A stretch of DNA of 64,000 nucleotides from Laetmonice hystrix. Lineage: Eukaryota. The position numbers and the translations under genes are program-made. The notes beneath the pieces were generated by a model. It worked only from the letters and a program-made list of their open reading frames with translations, was not told the DNA's origin and did no database searches. The stretch lies in assembly GCA_965235115.1 (NCBI GenBank), contig OZ249436.1, forward strand, positions 50,098,001 through 50,162,000. Reading direction: 5' to 3'. Shown here piece after piece: positions 1-12,515 of this stretch; the stretch's first letter is position 1, and every line of letters starts with the position of its first letter.

Positions 1-3000
1 AAAACGTCGGTAATAACACCAAAAAGCTGATTAGCAGGCCCCATGTTTCCCTCACCTCATGCAATCTTCATATGTCAATGGTGATTTACCGTTTCAAATA
101 TCATCTTAAGTCTATGGACAACTAGCATCATTTGACAAAACCTATTGGAATTTTGACTGATAGGTGTATTTAGACACCATCGGCATTCAGTGGCCGTCTC
201 CTGCTTGAGGAGATCAGGCGGTAGTTCTTTCAGTCTGTTGCTCGTAATCAGAGGACTAATCAGATTTGAATTGCCTGGGGCGATATTCCTAGCGACGTCA
301 ATGCGATTTTGACGCGACAGCTTTATTTCAGTGCCATTTTAACCGTAAGGAGGTTAGCTATTTCTAGAACCATGGATTGATAATAAGCAAATAATGCATG
401 TACATAAGTTCCGTTCTTTAAATTAGGTAATGCCAGGAAATCCCATCCACAATCGCCTAATTGGATCAGGTTCTTTAGAACGTGAGCCAATTAAGAATCT
501 TAAGGGACGCATTCACACTGACAGCGAGCGACGCGAGCGGCAGTTGCGACACGTCAAGCAATCATTCAATGTCCCTCATCATGACCAGAGCAGGTCCCAG
601 CGTGAATAGAACTGGCCCGAGTGTTGCACGCCCAACCTGTACCTTCCCTGTCTCCCCATGGACGATGAAGACATATCTTGATCATGCTACTGAGCTGGAG
701 AAGAAGACAAAGGATACAGGTAGCTTAATTAAACAACCCAAGGTAGCCTCAACCCGCCCCTGGTCTAGAGGCACCGTTCAGTGTCACTGATGACAACACC
801 TACTTCTATGTATACCGGCGAGCATAGCCTATTATACTATCTGACATGTTTTTTTTATCTGTTGCCAATTTTTTTTATGCAGGATATTGGTAGATGCAAG
901 AACAAGGGTAAAGGGGTAATTCAATTCTTACAATACAGTTATATTCTTTTGTAGAAGATGTAACTCTTAGAGTGAAGCCAATAATCGGACAATGTTTCAT
1001 AATAATCTGTCTGCCATCAACGGTACCGTCGAAAACTAGTCAACGATGAAAGAACCCTTCTGTCAAGCAGGGCATTTATAGGAAGCATTATTATCAGGAA
1101 ATCGCCCCCAGCAGGAGTACTGCAGAAACATAATCACTTCATGGAACGCTGGGACCACAAGCAAAATGGTTCCCCGAGACAAATGTCCCCCTTGTCAGCA
1201 ACTAAGGACGTTTTAACTCGAAGTACAGAAATCTGTACGGTAAATCTTTTTGAGTTGTACAAATAAAACAAACGATTCACGTAAGATCTATCTGCACATT
1301 TACATACACTGTATATAATCAACAGCGACATTTATAGCCCTGCCTATGTCGATATCTTGCTACTTGCTAAAATTGAATTTTTTTTATCATTCCCATGTAT
1401 CTTCTCCGCAAAGAGCAAGAATGCCAACACTGTCTCAAATTTGGTAATCAAAGTCTTCCTCCTATACCCAGCTCCAGATGGATTTTAGTTCTATACCAGT
1501 CCTCGAGTTTTTTTATGTGTAAACTCCTATGGCAAACCAGACCAAAAAGGGCCATCTAAGCCAGTAGACATGATCTTCCGACGGCGGACATAACGTCCAT
1601 CCCGCCAGCTTGTTTGATGAAAACGACAATGCAATCTCAGCACCGGCAGTTCTACATAATACATCTTCATGGAATTCGGAAATGGCCACATCAGAAATCA
1701 ACGTTTGATAATCGTCACCTGTCAGAACAGTCTGGAATTCAACATTCAACTGAGACATTCACTGGTGGAGGTCCAAGGTAGGGAGATGGAGAAGGTACAT
1801 GGGCCTTTCATTCACACTACCTTTCTCTGCAGAAATAGGCCTAGATGCATGAATTTTTTTCTGTATTAATACAAATAAAAAAAATATCAGCACTTCACGG
1901 AGTTAACGTCTTATCCAGCAAATTAGTTAACGCAAGATTATGATTTAATATAAAAATGAAGTAAAGCGGTGACAGGGCTGGGGGGGGGGGGCTTAGTCCC
2001 CCTTCTCCCTTTTCTTTTCGTTCCGCCACTTCTGACTACTTGCAACCAATTCCCTAATTATCCCATGATTGGATAACTAAATAAATAATTCGATTATTGA
2101 CACTAATTGGGATGACCAGGCGAGAATAACGGTAAAGGCAAATAATTCAAAATGTCAATGAGATTGTTCGGAATTATAATTGACTTTTTGTTACGGCAAT
2201 CTTCTTCACATAATTAGGCGTACCGTTCAGCAATAATCCTCTTTTACATATCGCTATAAGTGGGTATGAATACAAACAAACCTTCACTACACGCCAACTG
2301 ACGTATACAACAGTACCCACCCAAACACAATCTACTAACAAGGATACTTGAAAACATTTGATAATCCATTGTTTCCGGAGAAATTCCTAGCGTCTCATCG
2401 ATCAGGTGCTCTGGCAGGTTGCGGTTTTCCTGTCCTTGTAGATATTGTCCTACCTGACAGGCAAGCTTGGGACACACATAACGTTTCGGAAATCATACAT
2501 CCTAAAGCCGCCAGGACAGACTTCCTGGTTAGGAATTACCCTGGTTAGTTTGAATTTCCTAACATCATTCTCTAGCATGGGATCACAAACACAATCAATT
2601 CATAGGCTTCTATTATCTGAGCATACTTCTTTGGGTTTTTAAACGGCAGAAGTCTATTCCTCAACACTGACGGGCAGCTGCTGGTGCGAACCTTTTTCCT
2701 TTGCTCGAAGGGATACAACATGATACAGGGAGCTACCACTTTCACACATATTCGCATCCTTCCAGTACCATTTTCCTCGCTGGCCCTCGCCAGTGCTCCG
2801 CAACTGGGTCGTCAAAGGATTTGGTATGTCTGTGTGACTAGGCATAGAAAAGAACCCTTGCCATTTTTCGAAAAGGGTAAGGCATTCCCCCCGTTGGCAG
2901 GTTTCTTTCTAGCTTCCTCGTCATCATCACCACACCCCCCGAAGCCCGCATGGATAAAAAATATGGAAGCCTTCGTCTTTCTGTTAAAAATCACTTTAGG

Positions 3001-3254
3001 TGTAAGGTGGACAAGTCACAACTAAATCACAACCCCATAATGTGCAAGGGCCCAAACATGGATTGGCCAGGACATGAAGCAAAACTACCAGTTTCACTTT
3101 CTGACATTTCAAGTATACATTTGTTTCATAATAATGGCTTTGTATAATGTTTTAGGCTTTAGAGCGAAGGAAAAGCCTACAATGTTGACCTCGGATTTCA
3201 GGATGCCGGCCTCCACGGAATAATACATACACTTTAATAGACCTGTAGACCATA

Positions 3255-3711
3255 CGGATTACGGTCCCAGATTACGGTCCCGAATTACGGTCCCAGATTA
3301 CGGTCCCGGATTACGGTCCCAGATTACGGTCCCGAATTACGGTCCCGGATTACGGTCCCGGATTACGGTCCCGGATTACGGTCCCGGATTACGGTCCCGG
3401 ATTACGGTCCCGGATTACGGTCCCGGATTACGGTCCCGGATTACGGTCCCGGATTACGGTCCCGGATTACGGCCCCGGATTACGGCCCCGGATTACGGTC
3501 CCGGATTACGGCCCCGGATTACGGTCCCGGATTACGGTCCCGGATTACGGCCCGGATTACGGTCCCGGATTACGGTCCCGGATTACGGCCCGGATTACGG
3601 TCCCGGATTACGGCCCCGGATTACGGCCCCGGATTACGGCCCCGGATTACGGCCCTGGATTATGGCCCCGGATTACGGCCCCGGATTACGGCCCTGGATT
3701 ACGGCCCTGGA
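3255..3711. repeat. 13 bp tandem repeat (GGATTACGGTCCC)n, ~35 copies
   Basis: Read directly; T>C variant accumulates towards the 3' end. Confidence 0.97.
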
Positions 3712-4219
3712 TGATCGTCCATCAGTACTGGGATAGAGACGGGCTAATTTCCTTCACAAACAGCCCTTGGGAACAAAACGTGATGTAGAACTGTAAATGG
3801 AAGTGTAGTACATTGTATTACTCATCTCTTGACACAAGACCTTTGTAGTAGACTGACCTCATCAGTACCAGGGCGCGGGTTTTAGTTCGCAAAATGTATA
3901 CCCAATCATAAGTTTCTAAACGAGGTCTAGCTTCTGACTGGGCACCCTCTAAGAACAAAAATCGGCCCTTGGGTCCTTCGAAATCTAAAAAGCTGAATGT
4001 TGTGTGCATAATAGACTATGTATAAGCGCCTTTCTGTATGAAAGCACATCTCCTTCTGATCAACTCTATTCCACAGGACTGACGGCTGATCTGACTGTCG
4101 CTTTCACCGCCATCCCTACACCAAAGCGGGTCAATATCAAAAGGCCGTATGCATGGGATCCGGGAAGTCAAAGAAACGTCGACGGCACCAATGCTTCCAT
4201 AAATATAGGCTGGCCGACA

Positions 4220-4345
4220 AAATGATAGAAGAACAAGAAGAGCATGAAGAACGAGAGCAGGAAGAAGCGAAGGAGCAGGAGGAACAAGAAGCGGAGCAGG
4301 ACGAAGAAGAAGAAGCAGAAGAAGATAAGGTAGAAGAGCAAGAAT
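4220..4345 (+). repeat. GAA/GAG purine-rich low-complexity tract
   Basis: Degenerate (GAA/GAG/GCA)n run. Confidence 0.8.
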
Positions 4346-4680
4346 AGTGACCCTGGTAAATGTCCCAGGAATTCTCACTCACCCACTATAATGATCCCCT
4401 AGTCCGACGTGATAACTTGTGAGTTCACTGACCTTGACTGTGTTCATCCCATTAACTATATGGTCTCAAGCTGGGTATAAAGACGGGTGCTAACAAGCAC
4501 ACAGCACGGAATTGCCCCAGGGAAGTCCAGATAAATAATAAGCTTCTTAGATGCAAAGGTAACGACCTTATAGGATCACAGCCCACGTTTGGTCTCATGT
4601 TGTGGAATGATAACGAGGACGGTGATAACGTATGACCATCCGGCACAGAATATTCTCGGTCCAATCAATTCTCATCACGC

Positions 4681-7478
4681 TCCGGCTGGTTCTCCGTCAG
4701 GATACAAACGTGGATATACCCGCTGAAGTACTGTCCGGCTAGCTCTCCGTCAGGATACAAAAGTGGATATACCCGCTGAAATACTGTCCGGCTAGTATGT
4801 TCTCCGTCAGGATACAAAAGTGGATATACCCGCTGAAATACTGTCCGGCTAGTATGTTCTCCGTCAGGATACAAAAGTGGATATACCCGCTGAAATACTG
4901 TCCGGCTAGTTCTCCGTCAGGATACAAAAGTGGATATACCCGCTGAAATACTGTCCAGCTAGTTCTCCGTCAGGATACAAACGTGGATATACCCGCTGAA
5001 ATACTGTCCAGCTAGTTCTCCGTCAGGATACAAACGTGGATATACCCGCTGAAATACTGTCCAGCTAGTTCTCCGTCAGGATACAAACGTGGATATACCC
5101 GCTGAAATACTGTCCGGCTAGTTCTCCGTCAGGATACAAAAGTGGATATATACCCGCTGAAATACTGTCCGGCTAGTTCTCCGTCAGGATACAAACGTGG
5201 ATATACCCGCTGAAATACTGTCCGGCTAGTTCTCCGTCAGGATACAAAAGTGGATACCCGCTGAAATACTGTCCGGCTAGTTCTCCGTCAGGATACAAAC
5301 GTGGATATACCCGCTGAAATACTGTCCGGCTAGCTCTCCGTCAGGATACAAACGTGGATATACCCGCTGAAATACTGTCCGGCTAGCTCTCCGTCAGGAT
5401 ACAAACGTGGATATACCCGCTGAAATACTGTCCGGCTAGTTCTCCGTCAGGATACAAACGTGGATATATACCCGCTGGAATACTGTCCGGCTAGCTCTCC
5501 GTCAGGATACAAAAGTGGATATACCCGCTGAAATACTGTCCGGCTAGTTCTCCGTCAGGATACAAACGTGGATATACCCGCTGAAATACTGTCCAGCTAG
5601 TTCTCCGTCAGGATACAAACGTGGATATACCCGCTGAAATACTGTCCGGCTAGTTCTCCGTCAGGATACAAAAGTGGATATATACCCGCTGAAATACTGT
5701 CCGGCTAGTTCTCCGTCAGGATACAAACGTGGATATACCCGCTGAAATACTGTCCGGCTAGTTCTCCGTCAGGATACAAAAGTGGATACCCGCTGAAATA
5801 CTGTCCGGCTAGTTCTCCGTCAGGATACAAACGTGGATATACCCGCTGAAATACTGTCCGGCTAGCTCTCCGTCAGGATACAAACGTGGATATACCCGCT
5901 GAAATACTGTCCGGCTAGCTCTCCGTCAGGATACAAACGTGGATATACCCGCTGAAATACTGTCCGGCTAGTTCTCCGTCAGGATACAAACGTGGATATA
6001 TACCCGCTGGAATACTGTCCGGCTAGCTCTCCGTCAGGATACAAAAGTGGATATACCCGCTGAAATACTGTCCGGCTAGTTCTCCGTCAGGATACAAAAG
6101 TGGATATATACCCGCTGAAATACTGTCCGGCTAGTTCTCCGTCAGGATACAAAAGTGGATATATACCCGCTGAAATACTGTCCGGCTAGCTCTCCGTCAG
6201 GATACAAACGTGGATATACCCGCTGAAATACTGTCCGGCTAGCTCTCCGTCAGGATACAAACGTGGATATACCCGCTGAAATACTGTCCGACTAGCTCTC
6301 CGTCAGGATACAAACGTGGATATACCCGCTGAAATACTGTCCGGCTAGCTCTCCGTCAGGATACAAAAGTGGATATATACCCGCTGAAATACTGTCCGGC
6401 TAGTTCTCCGTCAGGATACAAACGTGGATATACCCGCTGAAATACTGTCCGGCTAGTTCTCCGTCAGGATACAAAAGTGGATATATACCCGCTGAAATAC
6501 TGTCCGGCTAGTTCTCCGTCAGGATACAAAAGTGGATATACCCGCTGAAATACTGTCCGGCTAGTTCTCCGTCAGGATACAAAAGTGGATATATACCCGC
6601 TGAAATACTGTCCGGCTAGTTCTCCGTCAGGATACAAAATTGGATATACCCGCTGAAATACTGTCCGGCTAGTTCTCCGTCCGGATACAAAAGTGGATAT
6701 ATACCCGCTGAAATACTGTCCGGCTAGTTCTCCGTCAGGATACAAAAGTGGATATATACCCGCTGAAATACTGTCTGGCTAGTTCTCCGTCAGGATACAA
6801 AAGTGGATATACCCGCTGAAATACTGTCTGGCTCGTTCTCCGTCAGGATACAAAAGTGGATATATACCCGCTGAAATACTGTCCGGCTAGCTCTCCGTCA
6901 GGATACAAACGTGGATATACCCGCTGAAATACTGTCCGGCTAGCTCTCCGTCAGGATACAAACGTGGATATACCCGCTGAAATACTGTCCGACTAGCTCT
7001 CCGTCAGGATACAAACGTGGATATACCCGCTGAAATACTGTCCGGCTAGCTCTCCGTCAGGATACAAAAGTGGATATATACCCGCTGAAATACTGTCCGG
7101 CTAGTTCTCCGTCAGGATACAAAAGTGGATATATACCCGCTGAAATACTGTCCGGCTAGCTCTCCGTCAGGATACAAAATTGGATATACCCGCTGAAATA
7201 CTGTCCGGCTAGTTCTCCGTCAGGATACAAAAGTGGATATATACCCGCTGAAATACTGTCCGGCTAGTTCTCCGTCAGGATACAAAAGTGGATATATACC
7301 CGCTGAAATACTGTCCGGCTAGTTCTCCGTCAGGATACAAAAGTGGATATACCCGCTGAAATACTGTCTGGCTAGTTCTCCGTCAGGATACAAAAGTGGA
7401 TATACCCGCTGAAATACCGTCCGGCTAGCTCTCCGTCACTATACAAAAGTGGATATACACCCGCTGGAATACTGTCCG
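4681..7478. repeat. 53 bp minisatellite, ~52 copies
   Basis: Unit GTTCTCCGTCAGGATACAAA(A/C)GTGGATATACCCGCTGAAATACTGTCCGGCTA with +/-TA variants. Confidence 0.98.
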
Positions 7479-7816
7479 CACCATTATTAAAACGAGTTAA
7501 CGTCATTATGCGTTTTCTATTATGTCCTGAAGTAACTAGCGATAAAATGTCCTTAAAAAGTTTTTAAAGTTTTCAAAAGTGTTACAGTTATGTGTTTTAT
7601 TATGTGTTTAATACCTGAACACGATTGTGCAGAGAGAAGATGTCCACAATAATGCAAACGCGAGCTTACTTTTGTAATGGGAGGACCGTTTCACTAAACG
7701 CTCGAATTTTACGAACTCGTATTTTTCACAGTAATAGCGCACGTCCTGGCAGATATCTCATTGTGACAGTGAATAATATAACTACATGTATTATAGACGC
7801 ACTACGATATAGACGT

Positions 7817-8010
7817 CGGGGCCTCGGGTGGCCGAGTGGTCTAAGGTGTTGGCTCACGACACCGGGGACCACCGCCTCCCACCGCTGCGATCCGGGTTCG
7901 ATCCCCGGCCTGAGCTGCATGTGTGAACGGTTTATCAGTCAGTTCCTTCCCGAAGGTCGGTGGTTTCTTCCGGGTACTCCGGTTTCCTCCACCAAGAAAA
8001 ACTATGTGAC
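7817..8010 (+). mobile_element. tRNA-derived SINE with V-domain-like core
   Basis: Box A TGGCCGAGTGG and box B GGTTCGATCCC, followed by GGTTTCTTCCGGGTACTCCGGTTTCCTCCACC, which resembles the V-SINE core. A reverse-strand core fragment recurs at ~37110-37140. Confidence 0.8.
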
Positions 8011-9221
8011 GTATTTTGGAGGGAAAGCAAACTGAGGTACATTATATAGGTCCTGGACATTAGAAGCCAATGACCCGTTTTGGGGAACAGCCTGCATGGG
8101 TTTTTGCTATTTGAGGATTATTTGTGTTTCGTAATTAGGTCAAATGAGTCAAAATATTAGCCAGTAATTATGAATAAAACATAAAATATGAACAAAAACT
8201 ATGCTACCCTTTAATGTATAATTACTAACACCATTCAAATGAGGCTCTTCATTATATTCATTTCTCTTACAATGACAAAAACTATTTGGTAATATTGTTA
8301 ACGTTACCAAACCATTTCTGCAGTCATGCAGTACGATTGAATGAATCTTCAAACGAATTGTTTGCACTGCTGCCAATCAGAAGATCATTACACAGACAGA
8401 CCCCCCCCCCCCCCACACACACACACACACTTTCAACGTTATAAACTATGGGAGGCAAACGGCAGACGGAAATGCCTTCCACCTGTCCACATGTTGTGTC
8501 CGTGTTTTGACAGGTCGCTTGCTGACAGCATAATGACAACGAAGCGCGATTGTTTTTTCCCCAGTATTTTGAAACCCAGAAGCACTTTAAGAAAACGACA
8601 GAAGGAAAACAAGTGATAAAAAACAACAAAAAACACACCCACAGCCCCACCCCCCACCCACACAAAAAGACGTTTGTTTTAGTAGACGAGAACAACATGT
8701 CTTGCAATACTCTCAAAAGATAATTATTTTGAACCTCTTTTTATTTTCCTCTCAAAGTTATTTACGAGACTACTATGTATAGGTTGGGACGCAACATCAC
8801 CTGCTAGTAATTTATCGGTACATTCGAGGCTTTGAAATGAACACCATCTAATGAGAGTTACCATGGAATTGGTTGCCAGCACATTTACATTACAATAATG
8901 TAGGCAATCATTGAGCCTATGCCGGGCTCAAGTATAATTACATTTTAATATTCCATTTTATAAACGTGGTCTTACTCATTGATTCGTTCCGCCTCATTCG
9001 ATAGACAAGTAATATGGGGCAGATTGAACGAGTCAGGCCCACCGTGTGACTGAATAGACCTGAGCAAACCAAATCTCATCTACAAGAATAAACGGTGCAT
9101 TTTATTCCTTCAACAATATGGAGACGCCGATCACTCTATACGTGGATTACCGCAGCTGCAGGTGTTAAAATCAGATTGCGGCAGATGGCAGCATAATATT
9201 TTAGCATAATCAATTGCTTAA

Positions 9222-9507
9222 AGGTGCTATTCGTCTCGCATACCGATACCATTGGCCTGATAAACCTTCTATTAGTTTGTGTGCAGCATTTGAAACCTAT
9301 CTCGGTGCGCACCGAGATAGAGCCATTTCCTATGGTGGGGCGTGTCAGGGTCTCCACAGCCCTTCTGAGAGAGCCCCATTTGTGCCGTTATCCATGAAAA
9401 ATTTTGATTTCCTTTGTTGTGAATCTATTTCCATAGTAGGTGGTATCACATAAACGTCAACAAAATTAAAAATAAAAAAATTGATTTTTTGTTCACGAAT
9501 AGCACCT
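9222..9507. mobile_element. Non-autonomous Kolobok-type MITE
   Basis: 13 bp TIR AGGTGCTATTCGT/ACGAATAGCACCT, with TTAA on both sides. Confidence 0.8.
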
Positions 9508-9756
9508 TTAATATAGATAAAGATAGCTTACAATTGGCAATACAAATCTGAAATTTCACGTCGCCACCTGCTTTTTTGGTCCGAGGTCCGAGGTGCTGAT
9601 CCGATTTCGAGCAGTCATGTTGTCAGTGAGACATGCATGGGAACGTACATCTTCCTTATGTATAATATTTACATACTGGTATGATGGTATCTACGACAGA
9701 ACAGGTATTAACATATTATTTTAATTAGATCCTGTCAAAACCAAAAAAAAAACAAC

Positions 9757-10230
9757 TTGGGGGTCCTTTATAGGTCAGACGCGTCCCCTATGTTGAGACA
9801 GGTGATGGGTAATTTCATTTGGCAGAAATTCGACCAGTGGAAGGAGGTTGCACAAGCTCGAAGCAGAGGACTTTCGCTTCCGTTGCGTTGGTCAGCCTCA
9901 CAAAAGAGTGAACGATCTCTGCTTGGAGGGTGGCCAACATGGCCATGTGTGATGCAGACTGTAGCCTGGCGTAGGGGCCGATGGCCCTATCTACACCCAG
10001 AAAAGCAAGAACATTTAACACTTGTATTGTAAATGAATTGACGAAAATATCTGTATCTTGTTGGAGAAATACGGATAGGCCTACGCGGAGCTACCATCGA
10101 CGTTTGCGTCCATGTTTTCGATGGGCGCGGCCATCTTAGACTCCTTTTAAATTGACCAATCACAGCGCTCCCTTCGATTAGACTTCACCAGTCTCTATAT
10201 GCGTAGTCAAGAGAGCTGGGGGCCAGTATA
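9757..10230 (-). mobile_element. Diverged copy of the TAGCCTGG-ended element family (see 34744-35191)
   Basis: Reverse-complement similarity, including the block ACATTTAACACTTGTATTGTAAA..GAAAATATCTGTATCTTGTTGGAGAAATACGG. Confidence 0.8.
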
Positions 10231-11029
10231 ACTCTGTACATGCTGCTATAATCGCAGAGTGAAACTGCCTGTGTAAGTGCCCAACGTAGGCCCTCTATGT
10301 TGCTGCCCAACCAGTTACAGACAAGAGAAAGAGGTGAGATTTTAGGCGGGTCTATTGTATTCATGCAGACAATGATGTCGAGAAACCAATGCCACAGAAT
10401 GTTAATTATGTTAATTATAATGATGACATCCGAAGGACATGAACATAGTAGCCTATATAGTCTGACTAATTTGGAAATATGAGTGGAGATTACTATCTGA
10501 TCTGAAAGTTACATGAATTATTAGCTAACGCGGGGAATCAAAAAGAAAAACTTTATGAGATGACAAATATGCCAATATAAAACAACTAATGCATGCCATA
10601 ATGGTATTTGATATAATGGTATTTGAATATAATGGCTGAAAGTAAAATGACGCAGGAACACGTCACACGTTTTCAGCAAGACACATTGTTCAAAACTCGA
10701 CCTCATCTTTCTTTCAGGAATGGGGTCGTTGCACAATAAAAGCCATGAGGGCTCATACTATCGCGAGGTATGAGCGCTCATAAAACAATATGTTATGAGA
10801 CTCTCACGGCTGTGAGGAATGGTGAGAGTTTCCATTGCACAATCACCCTCACAGACCCAATCCTCATCAGGGTATCACTGTCTGCGAGGGTCTCATACAT
10901 ACCTCATACCTTCACCGTTCACGGCGGGAAACTTTGTCGTTTCGGCGAATATTACCCGGGGGACATAGAGGAAGACTGGTGCTGCCACTAATGAGGTCAA
11001 TAGTTTCACAACGGAAAGAGGGAGCGAAG

Positions 11030-11985
11030 ATGGCGGACTCAGAGCAGAATACACCACAGGTAAGAGTTGTTATTTGCAGATTGCCATTATATTACGAATC
11101 AGTGGTAATTCACTACAATTAGAAATTGTGCCCCACGTAGTCAAGGTTGTAGAAGATTGGGCCTTTGTGCATGTCATAAGTTTATTTATGTCAGGTGGTT
11201 GCTTTTTTGCCCCGCAGAGTTCACATGCAGAACCAGGTTGTTTGGCATTTGCCTAGTAGAAGTTGGATGGGGGTCGTTTAAGCCTAAGGAGTAGGCCTAG
11301 GCCTAGGCCTAGACTTATTGTGATAATGCAGTGGCGGATCCCGGGGGGGGGGGGGGTCGGCGACGTCCGGGCCCTCGCAAATTTCCCAAATTCGCCTTTT
11401 TATAAGCAAAATGCCATATTTTTACAACCAAAAGTGGCCCGTTTTTTACAATGCCAATGGACCCTCCCCCCTCGATTTGTCTTTTGTACTCAGGGCCCGG
11501 TCTGCTTGTCTTATTGCTTTTGTTTGGTTGTTCCAGCTATCCATCCATTCTTGGTTGGGAAAGAGTCATCCACTCGGAAAGATTCTTCCAAGTCCTCCTC
11601 CTCCTGCTCCTACTCCAGGACTGATGACAGAAAAACCAATGAGCTTGAGCGTATGGAAGCGGATGAAAGCTTACCTGAGTTTAACGATGGGAAGAGAAAT
11701 AACACCCCCACCCCTAAGAAGTCAACTACACCCAGAAAAGCTGTTGTTCCCAAGTCTTCCTCGGAAACAACGGTCAATAAGACTGTGACTAGGAAGGCAA
11801 GCACCCCAAGGAAATCTTCCAATTCCACCCCCGGACCCAATTCGACATTGGAATTGCCAAACCCCCAGATAAAAAAAATGAAGGGAACTCTCCCGACTGA
11901 AGAGCAGCCTGCGAGAGTCAACCTTGTAACTCCTGTCAAGCATGTCAAGAAATCAACTAGGGGACGGAAGGGCAAGAGATGCTAA
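11030..11985 (+). CDS. Putative second gene of the Harbinger element: ~165 aa basic, Ser/Thr/Pro/Lys-rich protein (predicted exons 11030-11059, 11218-11236, 11537-11985)
   Basis: Good Kozak context AAGATGGCG, donor CAG|GTAAGA, and acceptor ttgttccag at 11536. A 19-nt micro-exon (ccccgcag|...ccag|gttgtt) restores the frame, giving 498 nt in total. Convergent with the transposase and inside the TIRs. The splice model is inferred. Confidence 0.5.
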
Positions 11986-12515
11986 TTTTTATCCAGATCA
12001 GTCAGTTTATGCTCTTCCTACACGAGTCTACATCACAATTTTCTATCATTTTGTTTTGATATATTTATGTCAAAGTTTGAACAGGTTTTGTACGTTTTTA
12101 AGTACTTTTTGCTAGAAGTAGTAATTTTGCCTGTTGATATGTGTCCTTGCGAAAAAGGACAACGGAAGCAGATATATTGAGAACTTCCATTTTATTGCTT
12201 CTCTTAGTTTATGCTGTATCCCAAAGAACAGTATTGTATCCACTGTGGGGTTAGCAAAAGAAAACATTACCACACGATCATTCTGGAATAGAAGCAACAA
12301 CAAGGCACGAATTTCCCGATAGACGTCGAGTTAATTTTTTTATTAGTCTGTGCTATGTTCCTTTATGCATTGTCCTTTTTATATGGCATGCTTTTATTTA
12401 CACTCCAGCGGCAGCTAGTCAGCTGGTTCGATCAAAACATAAATGTACAAATATGATGTACAATAAATACCAACTGGTCATTATGTACAAGTATATATAC
12501 TTGATTTGTATAGAT

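Noticed and set aside
482..3025. Possible exons or decayed coding sequence near the window start
   Set aside because: Isolated splice-like signals only; no recognisable domain in any frame that I can support.
4016..4382. Glu-rich or Leu-rich ORFs
   Set aside because: Explained by the GAA low-complexity tract.
4681..7478. CRISPR array (also considered for the other arrays)
   Set aside because: Head-to-tail repeats with no unique spacers, no cas genes, and a eukaryotic context.
7817..7912. Functional tRNA gene
   Set aside because: A and B boxes are present, but there is no clean cloverleaf or T-run terminator and it continues into a SINE core.
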